DNA of 62,996 nucleotides, the filler included, from Asterionella formosa (Eukaryota): the NCBI GenBank assembly GCA_002256025.1. It is 14 parts of 14 records of this genome, joined end to end, with 100 filler letters (N's around TTAATTAATTAA, not from the genome) between each part and the next. Parts side by side here need not be neighbours in the genome. Positions count along the whole stretch, not along the records: positions 1 to 22,551 come from NKIB01002689.1; positions 22,652 to 45,199 come from NKIB01002696.1; 12 more parts are not named here. One strand, 5' to 3'. A program made the translations under genes and the position numbers. Position 1 is the first letter of the stretch. Each line of letters begins with the position of its first letter. Below the pieces are notes generated by a model. It saw only the letters and a list, made by a program, of their open reading frames with translations. It ran no database searches and had not been told where the DNA came from. This document shows positions 12,192 through 24,221 of this stretch, piece after piece.

Positions 12192-13692
12192 ATGGTATTC
12201 AATCCCCACAAGCTCGGCATGCACAAAGTGCTGAAGCACATTCCTCTCAATGCAATTTTCGACGCTCCTTACAAGCGCATGTTAAAGAAGGCTGTGAACA
12301 TTGCCGATCTTCGCAGAATTGCAAAAGCTCGTTCCCATAAGGTCAGTGTCAGCAATAAAGAAAAAAATGTCCAAGTTAGAGATTGGATTTGCGTTCATTG
12401 GCATGCTTTGGAGATTGAAAGTGGATGAAGAGACTAATAATTCGTTATGCCCTCGCAAGGCCAGAGTTCGGCCCAACACCACGTATTAGTCTCGTTCAAG
12501 TTGAACTTGAACTAACAAATGCATTTTTATTTTTCCTCATACTTAGATGGTTTTTGACTACCTTGATGCTGGTGGCGATGACGAAATTAGTCTTCGTCGT
12601 GGTAAGGACGCTTACACCGAGCTTGAAATGCACTACAAAATTTTGGCTGGAATCAAGCCTCCTCTAGATTTGTCTACTAAGATCTTTGGATGCGATGTAA
12701 CCCTTCCTTTCTTCGGCTGCCCTACAGCTGGAAACAGAATGTTCCACTGGGAAGGTGAGACTGCCGCCGCTAAGGCTGCGACCCACCACGGCACCCTATA
12801 TGGCCTGTCCTCGTTGGCTACCACGGGCATCACAGAGATTGCACAGATCCACAAGGGACCCAAAGTCTTTCAGCTTTACGTCTGGAAAGACCGTGAGCTC
12901 GTCAAAGAGGTCCTTGCCAAGGCTAAGGACGGTGGGTTCGATGCCCTTGCCCTCACCGTCGATTTCACGTGGTACGGAAACCGAGAGCGCGACATTCGTA
13001 ACGATTTCTCCATTCCTCCTAAGTACAGTGTCAATCAGGTTGTCGAAGCGATCATGAAGCCTGCCTGGACATATGATTTTCTCTCACATGACCCATACAC
13101 ATATGCCTGCATTAACACTGATGTTCCTGCCGACTCTCTGGCTGCTTTTGTTAACAGTCAATTGTCGCCTGAGTTTTCGTGGAGTGATGCTGAATGGCTC
13201 CTTGGAGAATGGAACGGTCCAGCCGCCCCCAAGGGTGTTGTTCGTCCCGAGGATGCCGTGAAGGCAATCGAAATCGGCTTCTCCAGCATCTGGGTTTCCA
13301 ACCACGGTGCCCGCCAGCTAGACACCTCTCCTGCAACCATTGATGTTCTTCCGTCTATCCGTGCAGCAGTTGGACCTGATGTTGAGATCATTATGGATGG
13401 TGGTGTACAACGTGGTACTGATATTGCAAAAGCCATTGCTCTGGGTGCCGATGCAGTCGGGGTGGGAAAACCATACCTCTGGGGACTGGCAGCCGGAGGA
13501 ACTGAAGGTGTGATTAAGGCGTACGATATTCTCAAGGTGGAGCTTGACAGAGCAATGGGTCTGCTCGGAACTCCAACTGTGAAAGCTCTCAAGGAAGAAG
13601 GACCCTCCCTTATCAAGCGCAGACCAGGTAGCTCACGTGACTACCCTGACATGTATGCATATGAGAGGGGGTATGGTGGCGGAGTTGTGTAA
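12192..13692 (+). CDS. FMN-dependent alpha-hydroxy acid oxidase/dehydrogenase (glycolate oxidase / L-lactate dehydrogenase family), 431 aa, 2 exons
   Basis: Exons 12192-12341 and 12547-13692; GT-AG intron 12342-12546 with ACTAAC branch site. Motifs FDYLDAG, FQLY, LTVD, SNHGARQLD and DGGVQRGTDIAKAIALGA. Confidence 0.93.
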
Positions 13693-13910
13693 ATGCCCAT
13701 AATTCTTTTCCACTCACATCCTTTCTTGTGTATAAAATCAACGAGAGAGAAGCGAATAAGAACTTCTCGCAACCCCTGCTGTAAATCGCTATACTTCTAA
13801 TTTTATATAACGTGAGCCCTTCAATATTTGCTTATCTGTTAGACTACTTATTAACGTAGTACTTGGAAAGTGGAGGTCTGCCTCATTTCGACTCCTGTTC
13901 TTCATCAAGA

Positions 13911-14132
13911 CTACATGTCTCCACGCTGGTGGTTTAGATAGTCCATACCGCCGTCATTGCAAATGCTACGGATACGATTTGAGATGTTTTCAACTGCGAT
14001 AATCCGATCAGTCAGAAACAAACCCGCACCAGGCGACACCTGCATGTAGACATTTCCATTGGTGTTACCACTTGAGAGCTCGGCTTGTGCAACTCTATAT
14101 TCCTCAAGAAGCTTCTCGTTCTTGGGCTGCAT
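13911..14132 (-). CDS. 73-aa beta-prefoldin-like microprotein, ASDURF-like (tentative)
   Basis: Helix-hairpin-helix layout with core ELSSGNTNGNVYMQVSPGAGLFLTDR, matching the ELS....N..VY.Q......FL.DR pattern of ASDURF as recalled from memory. Confidence 0.6.
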   Translation of the reverse strand: MQPKNEKLLEEYRVAQAELSSGNTNGNVYMQVSPGAGLFLTDRIIAVENISNRIRSICNDGGMDYLNHQRGDM

Positions 14133-14207
14133 TGCGCAAAGGCTTTGGAATGAACGACAATCACTCCAAGATTAGTTGACTGGAAAAAAGAAAACTTAAG
14201 AAACATA

Positions 14208-14850
14208 CCGTATACTTCATTGTCCTGGACCCCCCAATGTACACTGCCGTGACTGAATTTGACTGATTTTACTTAGGGGGCCCAGGACAATTAAGAGATT
14301 TCCCTTATAATGGACCTAAGTAAATTTCTTTAGTTCTACAGGACAGCGCACATTTTTCTAAGATGTATTAATATGACAATTATTTCCGTCTTGTGAAAAA
14401 TGAGAGAGTTCTTCACCTCGCAAGAAAAACGCGACTTCATGTTGTTATCGGCGATCTCAATTTTCGTTGTCATTATTAGTGTTATTACTTTACTTCTTTT
14501 ACGATTCTATTTTCCATGTCATTCTTAATACAGGTAGCAAGTAGCAAAGCGTCGTTCTCTATTTTCGTGGAGATAATTCGTATTTTCGTCATGGTCAAGG
14601 TTGCGACAACATCATGAAGGATTCTCCAGCTGCTCACAGCCACTTCCTGTCGTCTCTTGTGTTTTGTATGTACAAAAGAATCGCAAAATGGTAGCTAAAT
14701 TATTACATACTAGTGCCTACGAGGAGAAAAAGAATTATGGCACGTTACTTTGTCTATGACAAGAAAATTATTGGGTGTTTGGTTCCACCTCGAGAAAAAT
14801 GTACAGGGGGGTCCAGCAACCATAGCCGTCCAGGACAATGAAGTATACGG
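14208..14850. mobile_element. MITE / non-autonomous Tc1-pogo element, 643 bp
   Basis: Perfect 23-bp TIRs CCGTATACTTCATTGTCCTGGAC (14208-14230; 14828-14850). TA TSDs at 14206-14207 and 14851-14852. Internal partial TIR copies; no convincing protein. Confidence 0.93.
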
Positions 14851-14912
14851 TATACAATACCGGTACTCGTTCATACTGGTAACAGTACCTGGTACCACGG
14901 CACCCCCGAAAA

Positions 14913-16100
14913 CTGATGTGACCCACTGGGTTCTCCTATTCGTTTGATTAGTTCGACTAAATCTATTCAATGCCTTCCAAGAATCAAACTTCGATTCCAG
15001 TTCTTGTTAACCAAGGAGGCATCAGCAGGTTGTGGATCTGTTGATATTCTCATTGAAGGTCGAGGTACTGAGGTACGAACCCATTTATGTGGACATAATT
15101 TGCTGGTAATGGGTCACAGCAGTACATAAACTTTTATCTATAATGATTGCATATAATTTTGTTTACCATGACAATCACAGATTTTACCCCATTTGGTTTT
15201 TGCAAAACTATTTTTAAGAATTTTCGCATCCAGATTTAACATGAGTATGTATATTACAATCACATACAAATGATTGCGCCCATCAAAACCACTGCACCAT
15301 AATCCTCATCCCTCAGCCAGCTTGTTTATCCTGCCCTCCCAGAAGCACAACATCAGGAGGTCAAATTGGATGTGGAGAATCCTTGCTTTTCTTCACAGCA
15401 AGAAGTCTCTAAGTATGTTGCCACAAATTCTGTCTGGTTGTGGGAAGTGGTGCATTGCTGTTGCGCTTGTACAGTGTCATCATTGTTTTCAGTGCAGCTA
15501 CTAGAATAGCTTCCAGTTTCTCTGATGGTCTGTACCTTCTGTGAGAATTCAAAACCGTTGATTTGATTTATTTTCCTTGTTTTGTTCCTGGATTTCTTGC
15601 TGTAATTTGATTTCCAGCATGTGCTCAGAAAGCGGTGGTTCTAGACAAGTATTGCCAAGAACAAACTGAAGTCCTGCTGTTATTTGTTTGTGTGTGTTGA
15701 TTGCTGCTTGTGCTGTTTGCTTTCTATTCCTTGAATGTTCTGCTGCATCATTACCATTTTACATATCTTTTCTGTTGATATATTCAATGAATGGATTTGT
15801 AAAGGTTCCTGAAAGTCCTTCTTGCAGGTTGAGCTGGTCAGGTGTAATAGAGGTTCTTTTGCTGTTTGGGATTCTATTCCTAAATGGAAAAACACCAAGT
15901 TTTATCAGCTGTAATTCAGGATTCATCAAACAGTTTAAGTTCAGTATTAGTTCCCAGCCTCGCTATGCTACTGCTTTTTTGATAGTGAGTAATCCCAAGC
16001 AAGTGCAACAAGTCCGACTATGTCTGTCTTCTCAATTGCAAATGGAAGATGATACAAAGCCTTCTTGGTGAGTGAGTCTTTCTTCGGTTGTGAGAGGTGC
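14913..16100 (-). pseudogene. Decayed 3' part of a pogo-like transposon; inverted paralogue of 61615-62810
   Basis: Reverse complement aligns with ORF 61658..62461 and its 3' flank, including the CTGCTGTGACCCA inverted pair (14913/15122 vs 62607/62809). Multiple stops and frameshifts. Confidence 0.8.
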
Positions 16101-16948
16101 ATCTTGAAACATCCATTCTGTTCTGTCAAATCCTCAACTTGCCATTATGATGCTCTATAGGGGACCCCAATACACACATGCCATGGATGGAAAGTACTGT
16201 TGACGTATTCAAGAAAGAATTCAGTTTTTGCACAAAAGTGTCAGAAAATGCACAAACTGTCAGTCAGGGGAATTCATGATATTTCACACAATACGAATTT
16301 TCTAAGTCGCGGAAAGAATACACACCTGTTCAAGATTCCATGGATTTATGAATCATGACAATTAGCATGTACATGATAGTCAGTACAAAGTTATGCCTTG
16401 AAGAAGTTTCTTGCATTTTGAGATGTTGAGCTCTCTCCGAAATTACTGTCGCTCATGTTTTCTCATCTATTTGTAAAGTAGATAGAAATGATTATTTATG
16501 AAAATTTATTAAGCTAGTCACTGCGGACTCGACGATATCTCGTTTTTGTCTCATCTATGCTAGGCTAGATACATGTACGAAACAGCAATAGTTCATTGTC
16601 AATTCTCGTATAGATATTCAGTGCAATAATTTCGTCATGGTCAAAAGACAGATGAGTTGCTGTCTTATCGTCCCCCTACGACAGCAGTACAAATCAAAAT
16701 TACTTAGTTAACTATGTGAAAATATATGATATGCCGTTATATATTAGAATAATTCGAACTGGTACCAGTAGTCCTACGTATGGATATGAAACCATGCATA
16801 GGTTGAGATGCACAACCTTTCCACCGGTACAGGTACATTTTAATTATTAATTGTGTATTAAAAAAATGAATCGCAACAGAGATACAGTTCACAAATATAT
16901 CTCAGTGTAACTGCAAAAAAGTTAGCCTTTTTTCGTTTCTTCGCAAAC

Positions 16949-17790
16949 ATGAGCATCAGACTCTCAAAACAGCAAAAATATTAGTCATATGCGCTTCAAT
17001 TATACAACCTGACTGAAAATCATCAATACTGAAAAGACAAAGACAAATCAACTGCAAGAACTTGACTGTTGGGCTGTCATTGACAGTCTTGATTTAGAAC
17101 AGGAAATAGAAGCAGAACAACAGAGTTTTCTGTTTCTTGCAACAGTTGCTTTATCATTTTTGGAGTCATACTATGCACAAAACTCGAAGCCAGTGCAATC
17201 AGCAAAATGGGATCATCAACGACTTGACTGGAATGATCATGTAACAAAGCTTCTTCATGAGAATATGTTTCATCTTGAATATCGCATGTCCCTTCAAGCT
17301 TTCAATCACCTCATGCAGGACCTACTTCGACCTTCCATCACAGTTAATACTGTCAAATCCAATGCAAGTTCCGGCTTATACACACGCATCCATGGCTTCA
17401 AAAATTTCAACAAAACTGACAGTCTCTTCATACTCTTTACCATCACATTTCTGTGACAGCACACTTCATTGCTTGCTTCTTCAGCTCAAGCCTCTCTCGC
17501 AGTACATACTTCTTACAATATACATTAGTTCCTTTTTTCGTTTTACAACAAAGCTTGTTCTTGTTTGTGCAAATTCTGCACTGGAACTTTGAGAGGCTGG
17601 TGTCATTTGTGTACAGCGTTCATTTGCTTTTGAAAATTCTTTAAGCGATTCAACCATTTGTTTGGACGTGTTTTTAAACTCATTGCTGCCATTTTTTCTC
17701 TCTTCTTTCGTTGAAACAGGGAGCTTGGCAACTTCATCCTCCGCAGAAACATGAACTAGACTGTCCATAGCAATACCATCACTTAAACTT
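16949..17790. pseudogene. Internally deleted PIF/Harbinger-like element remnant
   Basis: Plus strand WDHQRLDWNDHVTKLLHENMFHLEYRMSLQAFNHLMQDLLRPSI resembles a Harbinger transposase N-terminus. It abuts a convergent, charged coiled-coil-like fragment (17481-17768, minus). Confidence 0.45.
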
Positions 17791-17849
17791 GGTACTGCGT
17801 AGGCATGGAAATGTGGTACCTGTTGAAGCTATAAGTGATAGTACAAAAA

Positions 17850-18440
17850 ATATCAACGGTCTCCAAAATTTCGGAATCAGAATCACTAATCGCCGAGACG
17901 TCATCATCGAAATGCTAGTCTTGTGCTCAAATATTTCGTCGCAAAATCTCCTGTACAAAAAATTCCATTGTACGTGCTCGTTTCAAAATAAATATTTTGA
18001 TTGGTCATCATTAATTACTTACCAATATTTGATTGGCCCGGTTTGCAAGCAGGTTTTGCAAACCCACACCGGCCACACTGGATACACATTTAAAAATTTC
18101 TTGTGTGATTGCCAGTACTCCGGTACCATGTCCACTGCGGGTAGTACCGGTAGATGATTTATATTTGACACATGCATACCACTCCTAGTAGAGTGCACTT
18201 CAAATATTTGCCGAGCCGCTGGGTCGTATGACACAGCATAAACCATCGATTGGTGTATAGAGTGCATACTGGTATATGCATAGACATGTACAATTTATTT
18301 CTTTATATTTAGAGAATTCGAAAAGGAATCTATGCATTTACGCGCAAATTTCCAATGATTTGAATATTTTATATGGAATCATGTCATTTAAAAATAGCTC
18401 ATAAAAGTTCTTAGCTAGTTCCAGGGAATTTCGGCAATTA
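17850..18440. repeat. Uninterrupted copy of the repeat that is split at ~4100-4310 / 6827-7176 / 9637-9845
   Basis: Colinear blocks AAAATCTCCT..AAATTCCATT, TTGATTGGCC, CCGGCCACA.TGGATA, AAGGAATCTATG and ATGGAATCATGTCATT.AAAAATAGCT. Confidence 0.75.
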
Positions 18441-19634
18441 TCTTATTTATTGGCAATCGTATCTAACCAAAGTATGATCTGTAATCTTTAAGTAGTAAGA
18501 TATATTCATGTTAAAATTAAGTTCAAGAAAAACTAAAAAGTGTTATCTGTGACCTTATTTATTGGCAATCATTTCTAACCAGGAGGTATGATCTGTAATT
18601 CATAAAGATTGATTCGAGCGACTCATCTACGGGTAAATATTTTATGTTTTGTACCATATGAAAAATGTTGTATGACTCCCGCTAATTTAGAGGCAGGCTT
18701 AATTAGTTAATTACTAGTAGGTACAAGAATTGATGCGGAAAAATTCAAAAACAGTACATCAGGTCGTGGAAAACAATGATATCTTCATGCATTGTATATA
18801 TTTGAATTATGTATAAGCTTAATTGATGTTAGTATACAAATTATGTGTATATATTTATACGTGAACAAAATTTTATAAATGTATACATAGACTGTATATG
18901 AATTTGAAATCATGTTTAGAGGTTCCTTGTTATGCATACCGGTAACACATGATCCTGAAATGAAAGATCATCTCTGCACTGTGATAAGCAAGGAAAACTG
19001 AAAGAACGACGCTTCAACGCACATAATGATGATAAACCTTGCGGCTTAGTAGATGGATTGAAAATGGAAAAGTGAGCTGAATTTAGCTATGGCATGGTAT
19101 CAAGAGTACATGCCAAGGTGATCAATTGATGGCTGGGTCCACAAAGACTAAATGATTGCCTCCTTCCCTAGCAATTCAAAAGCACATTTTGCATTCAGCG
19201 GGATACCACCAATGTCGACCAAAAAATTGAAAATGCTCTTGTTGGATCAATGAACCACTGTTTGAACATCACTGACACATGTTTGATTTTCTTTCTTTCA
19301 TGATAATTTCAATCAAACATCATTTTTGTTTTTTATTAATGACATTGGTGGAATGTTTTATTGGTGTGTACTTATGTGATCATCGACTGAAACATAATTT
19401 TACTGAATCATGGGAAAAGCTCATCGATTTCTGGTAAGTGGAGCATGATAAAATGGGACTGCAGTGTTGAGGTATAAACAAAACATGGCTAACTAGAGAG
19501 TAATTCCTTCTCATTGTTATTATGATTAGGAAATCAAATTGGATAAAAACAGGAACGGAAAAGAGTGTGCGAATTCAGAATCGGATCAAAAGGAAATGGG
19601 ATTTGTAGCAAGTAGTCGGAAGAGTTTCAGAATC

Positions 19635-19880
19635 AGAGGGGGAAGGGAGGCAGGAGGCATACATAAAGAGCTTTGAAGGTGGGAGACAGGGGGGGAGGCA
19701 ACACATCGTCAAGAGCATTGAAGGGAAGCAGGGGAGGGGAGGGGGGGGGGAGGCATGCATCCTCAAGAGCATTGAAAGGATGCGGGAGGTATGTATCAAG
19801 AGCATTGAAGGGAGGCAGGGGAGGCATGCATCATGACAAGCATTGAAAGGAGGCGGGAGGCATGCACAAGAGCATTGAGA
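19635..19880. repeat. G-rich minisatellite, ~6 units of 33-55 bp
   Basis: Recurrent CAAGAGCATTGAA(G/A)GG...GGGAGGCATGCA with variable G-runs. Confidence 0.8.
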
Positions 19881-19899
19881 CAATAGAAAAGGGGATCAT

Positions 19900-21000
19900 T
19901 GGCTGTTTAACTGCACAAAATGTAGAAATATAATAATGATTTCGTGATATATTGTATCTGCTGTGAGAACTTCATTTATGGGCTTCAGATTTGTCCTGGT
20001 TGTATGAATTTCGGGATGCGACAAAACATTGCAGTTCAAGAAGGAACCCCATCCTCGCTCTGATACTGCTTTCTTGTTGGTCCTCGTTACTAGCCCAAAA
20101 ACATCGACCTTATTGATAACAAGCAAGCTCTTTTCTGTGTTCCCCTTCTTTTAATGTAAGTAATCCTCTTTTGTCTTTGCCATTGTCAGGTTCATCTTAA
20201 ATGATCCATTTCGCTCACTGCTGTCTCCAACTTGCCAGTAACTGGTTCCATGGGGTACTCCAATACAGACTGACTACTTGTGTGCTGGGTTATTGATATA
20301 TTCCAAAAATGGTAGTTCAAAGCGAGATCCATGTCCATCCAGAATTTTAATGGCGGGGCCATGTTCATGGGGGAAGATTCAGTGTCATCAATGTGATTTA
20401 GCATTCCAAGCAAGAGTTCTGCTGTAATTGAGCCACTTTCACTAGCACAACAATATTTGGGAATTTTTTCTGATCAACTACACAGACTGAACCTTGTGGT
20501 GTGTATCTAGAACGGGGGTGAATTGGGCATCTTTGGTTGAAGCACGGTTAGTGGTCGCCCTCCTAAAATGCATGGGAGTTTCTAACCGCCTCCAACATTG
20601 CCATCTTTTGCCTGTGAAGTATTAGAACCATATTCTGTATCCAATCCAAAACCCTCCTGTTCATTCTCAACAACAGTCCCTTTTTTTGAGTACCACTGCT
20701 TGTTTGGGTTTTTTCTTGCAACTCCACTCGCCAACTCTTTGTGTGCACCATTCGTCATACATAGAAGAAAATGAGCGAAAGATTATTGCACCAGTCTGCT
20801 TTCGTGAACCCGCGCCAATATCTTTCACAATCAAATTTTTAAGTGCATTACTAAAGCTAGCTAGTAGAAATTGCACTAGTGCCAGGGTTGACACTCCTTC
20901 ATCATCATACTGGTTTCTTATAAACCTTGGATGTCTTCCCTTCCCTTATGTCCATACTGGTGCAAGACGGACACTCCCCACGACGTTTGGCATAGTCCTG
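19900..21000 (-). pseudogene. Degenerate pogo-like transposase
   Basis: TNKKAVSERGWG..LNCNVLSHPEI matches TNKKAVAERGWGPLNYNCLLNPEI of ORF 61658..62461. Fragmented upstream. Confidence 0.6.
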
Positions 21001-21049
21001 GATTGCTCATGATTCCAAGCATTAAAAGCAAAATCCACAGTTTCCAACC

Positions 21050-21530
21050 ACAAGCACTTCTGCTGTAAAGAATGTCATTTAATTCTTACCTCCATTGGAA
21101 ACAGGAAAAATGATTTATCGCTTTCCCAAACCCTTTGATGATCAAATCTGCATCTAACCCTGATTTGTGAATCCACCTCCTCCATCAGTTCACTTAATTT
21201 TTCTTGCTCTGTATTTCAATAAAGATCCTCATTGATGGCCACATCCCATAAACTTGAAATAACCCTCGCGCTCCACTTTTCCGCCAATTCTCCATCCCAA
21301 TCCCTTTTTCTTTGCTGTGCGCAACCGTTGCATCTCCCCACAATTTACTTACTTTCCCTTTGAACGCTTGGTCCCAGCACGCAATGTACATTTGATTCAG
21401 GTAGGCCTCAAATGTCAAATTCCCTACTACAACGTCCGCTGCATGGGGAATCGGTCCTTCCCATCGAGAACTCCATCTGCAAACAAAAAGTATCATGCAT
21501 GTAGGATCAAGGGCATTGTACGCTAAGTGG
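21050..21530 (-). pseudogene. Non-LTR retrotransposon C-terminal remnant (Ambal-like)
   Basis: EAYLNQMYIACWDQAFKGKVSKLW resembles the Q..IGW...F.G..S..W motif downstream of the zinc knuckle in diatom LINEs. Confidence 0.5.
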
Positions 21531-21919
21531 CACAGGATTTTCGTATAAATGATAATTTTTGGATCAAAACTATGATCAAGGTATCCTATAACTAGGATGA
21601 TTTATTAATATTTTACCGACCTTGAAGTATAATGATAATCAGAACATTATCATCACACAATGTATATCAAATGATCAACAACATTACTCATCATCATCAT
21701 AAACCTTCTCATATTATTTTCAATTTTCGTGATTGCCCCATGTAAATTATTACTACAACGCATCCTAAAATCAGCTCAACTCTATGCTATCATGTGAATT
21801 GTTTCATCGTAAATCTATCGTAAACATGATCATAATTCTAATCACAAGCATTTTTTTAAAAGGATTGGAATGGATCGTAATTTAATTAACAAATTTAACA
21901 ATGATAGTTCTGTTTCGTC

Positions 21920-22551
21920 AGCTACTACCCAAGGAAGCAATGTTTCTCTCCTCTCCACTCGTTACAATGTATATTGTTCCTGTCTCGCCCTTTTCTTCCT
22001 CTTTTCTGAATCTTGTGCCAAGCAATGCCTTACTAATGTTGCATAGGAACAATTTGTTAGCTAGACATGTTACACTGACACAACATCACGCCATTCCATC
22101 GTATACTCTTGCTTGCTTCACTTACCACAGCCAAATCAAAGCAAGTGATGTATAAGTCTGTTATATCAAATTGTCAGAAGTAAGTTCTTGAATAAGTAAG
22201 TTTCTGGTTTCCAATGTTGTCGAATAAAACTTACCGATTCATTTTTGTTTGCTTAACTTTGAGAGAAGGTAAACGTGGCGTGTCCGTCAGTTATGTTCCA
22301 TCAGAAGTGAATAGGTCCAATGACAAGAGCATCTACCAATTATTTTTGTTTTTCATTGGCCCTCCCCAACAAGCGAAACGAGCTGTTGAATCAACTGAGA
22401 AAAAAGGAAATGTGTTAATTATACTATTTGTTGTTGTCCTGCCTCCCAATGATTGTCATCCAAGTACCACATTGATGGCTTCATTACCTTAAACATACTC
22501 CATCCTTCGAAGGCGCAATGTGTTGAAGCCACAATGTTTTTCGTTATTGCG
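21920..22551. repeat. Dispersed repeat; copy at ~54770-55300
   Basis: Near-identical blocks, e.g. CCCCAACAAGCGAAACGAGCTGTTGAATCAACTGAGA and CCATCCTTCGAAGGCGCAATGTGT. Confidence 0.85.
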
Positions 22552-22651
22552 NNNNNNNNNNNNNNNNNNNNNNNNNNNNNNNNNNNNNNNNNNNNTTAAT
22601 TAATTAANNNNNNNNNNNNNNNNNNNNNNNNNNNNNNNNNNNNNNNNNNNN
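22552..22651. other. Artificial contig linker (N44-TTAATTAATTAA-N44)
   Basis: Identical 100-bp linkers also start at 45200, 46685, 48169, 49653, 51137, 52620, 54103, 55586, 57069, 58551, 60033 and 61515. The 12-mer gives stops in all six frames. Confidence 0.99.
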
Positions 22652-24221
22652 GATTTAACAATTGGATGCAAATCAAATCATATTACATTTTTCGAGTTGA
22701 ACTGGCTGCTGTTTGTAGACCAAAACCGAATTTCTTTTTCGATTTATGAGTTAATTAAATTCGTCATGATGATCGCATCATCCAAAAAAGCAAAACAATT
22801 TTTTGCACTTTCAATTATTCGATATAAATCGAATTGTTTCATTGAGTTGAACTCACAGCAGACCCAAACCATGTCTTGCTTTCAATACGAATCATAAGAC
22901 TTCATGATATGACCATTATTATCCTTTACAACAGACTGAAGGTATGCACTAGTATTCGAACTAGTTGACACAAGCCTGACCGAACTGTTTGCTTCCGATT
23001 AAACGCTCAGTGGATCCAAATCGAATTTCTCCTCCCATGTACTATTCTTCCTCGGCTATGATGATACAAACCCCAAATCAAATTTCGCTTGGCTTCCATA
23101 TGAACTTGTTGGATTAATTGTAATGATAGATTTTATCCAACAACTCAAAACATAATGCTCCGCCCTCCTTGCTTGTTCATACAAGTCGATGAAAATCTTA
23201 ATATTTTTCGATTTGAACAGTCAGCAGACTCAAACTGACTTTTGCATTCCATTTGAATCATTAGTCTTCTTCATAGCGACCAAATGACCTGCTAGCAAAT
23301 CAAACCAGTATGTTTGTACTTTTTGGACTATTCGGTGCCAAAAAAACTTAGCAGGTCCCAACTGAATTTTGATTTCGATCTGAATTGCATTTCATTGTCA
23401 CGATGTGGGATCATATCCAAGCAACACCTCGAAATACTAGCATGATGTTGGTACCTGTCAAGAATATAGTATCAATGGCTATTATAAGTCACGAGAATTG
23501 TGGACTCGATTATAGTCCGATAAATCACATGGAGCATTCCCATGTCAAGAATCTTGCTAATGAGATTGATGTTTCAGATCAATCAGAAGAAGTTTTGCAT
23601 CAACGAAAAGGGAACACGAAGAACAGGTTCTCAAAGTGTGATGAATGGGATTGAAACTAGTTTTATTAGAGTAAGCTTATTAATTTAAGAAACAGTGAGA
23701 ATTTGACAGAGAAAGGTCAAACGCGAAAACTAGACAAGAAGGCTAGCAACAATAGGTGTAAGTACTAGTACTGCAAGAGGTAAGGTCTAAGTGAGGAGAT
23801 CTACCCAGACGCGGGAAGGAGTACGAAGCTTCTAACAGGTACCCTGGTACCAGTACAAAGCGAGTGAACCGTACAAATTCATGCACGATTTCATCCATAT
23901 TCATTTTAAATACCCGGTATATATTCATTTTGTAAGGCACTGCCCAATTGGCAAACGAACGGATTCTGGATTCCGTCCTGTAATGCCTGTGGAGAATTCA
24001 TTGGGACCAGGTATCATGTGACCCTTTGATACGACCCTCTCTGTTAAAACTGAAATGCAACTCATCATGTAAAATATGTACTTCGTACTGATACTAAGTA
24101 TTACAGCCATCATGAGAAACTGCCATGACCCAACCCCATCAAGATCTGATGTTTCTTCCTGATCAAGTTCATGACTGTACGTATAGGTACCAGAACACCA
24201 AACACATTGACACCCACCACC

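Noticed and set aside
19635..19880. CRISPR-like repeat/spacer pattern
   Set aside because: The 'spacers' are similar G-rich sequences, the repeats are short and degenerate, there are no cas genes and the context is eukaryotic; it is a minisatellite.
22596..22607. Recurrent TTAATTAATTAA palindrome
   Set aside because: Always centred in N-runs; an artificial six-frame-stop linker.
22652..23400. Degenerate internal repeats, possibly a BspA/LRR pseudogene
   Set aside because: A few similar blocks are visible but there is no sustained reading frame or regular period.
24171..24221. Upstream ATG as start of the JmjC gene
   Set aside because: The ATG at 24222 directly precedes a signal peptide and is the more plausible start.
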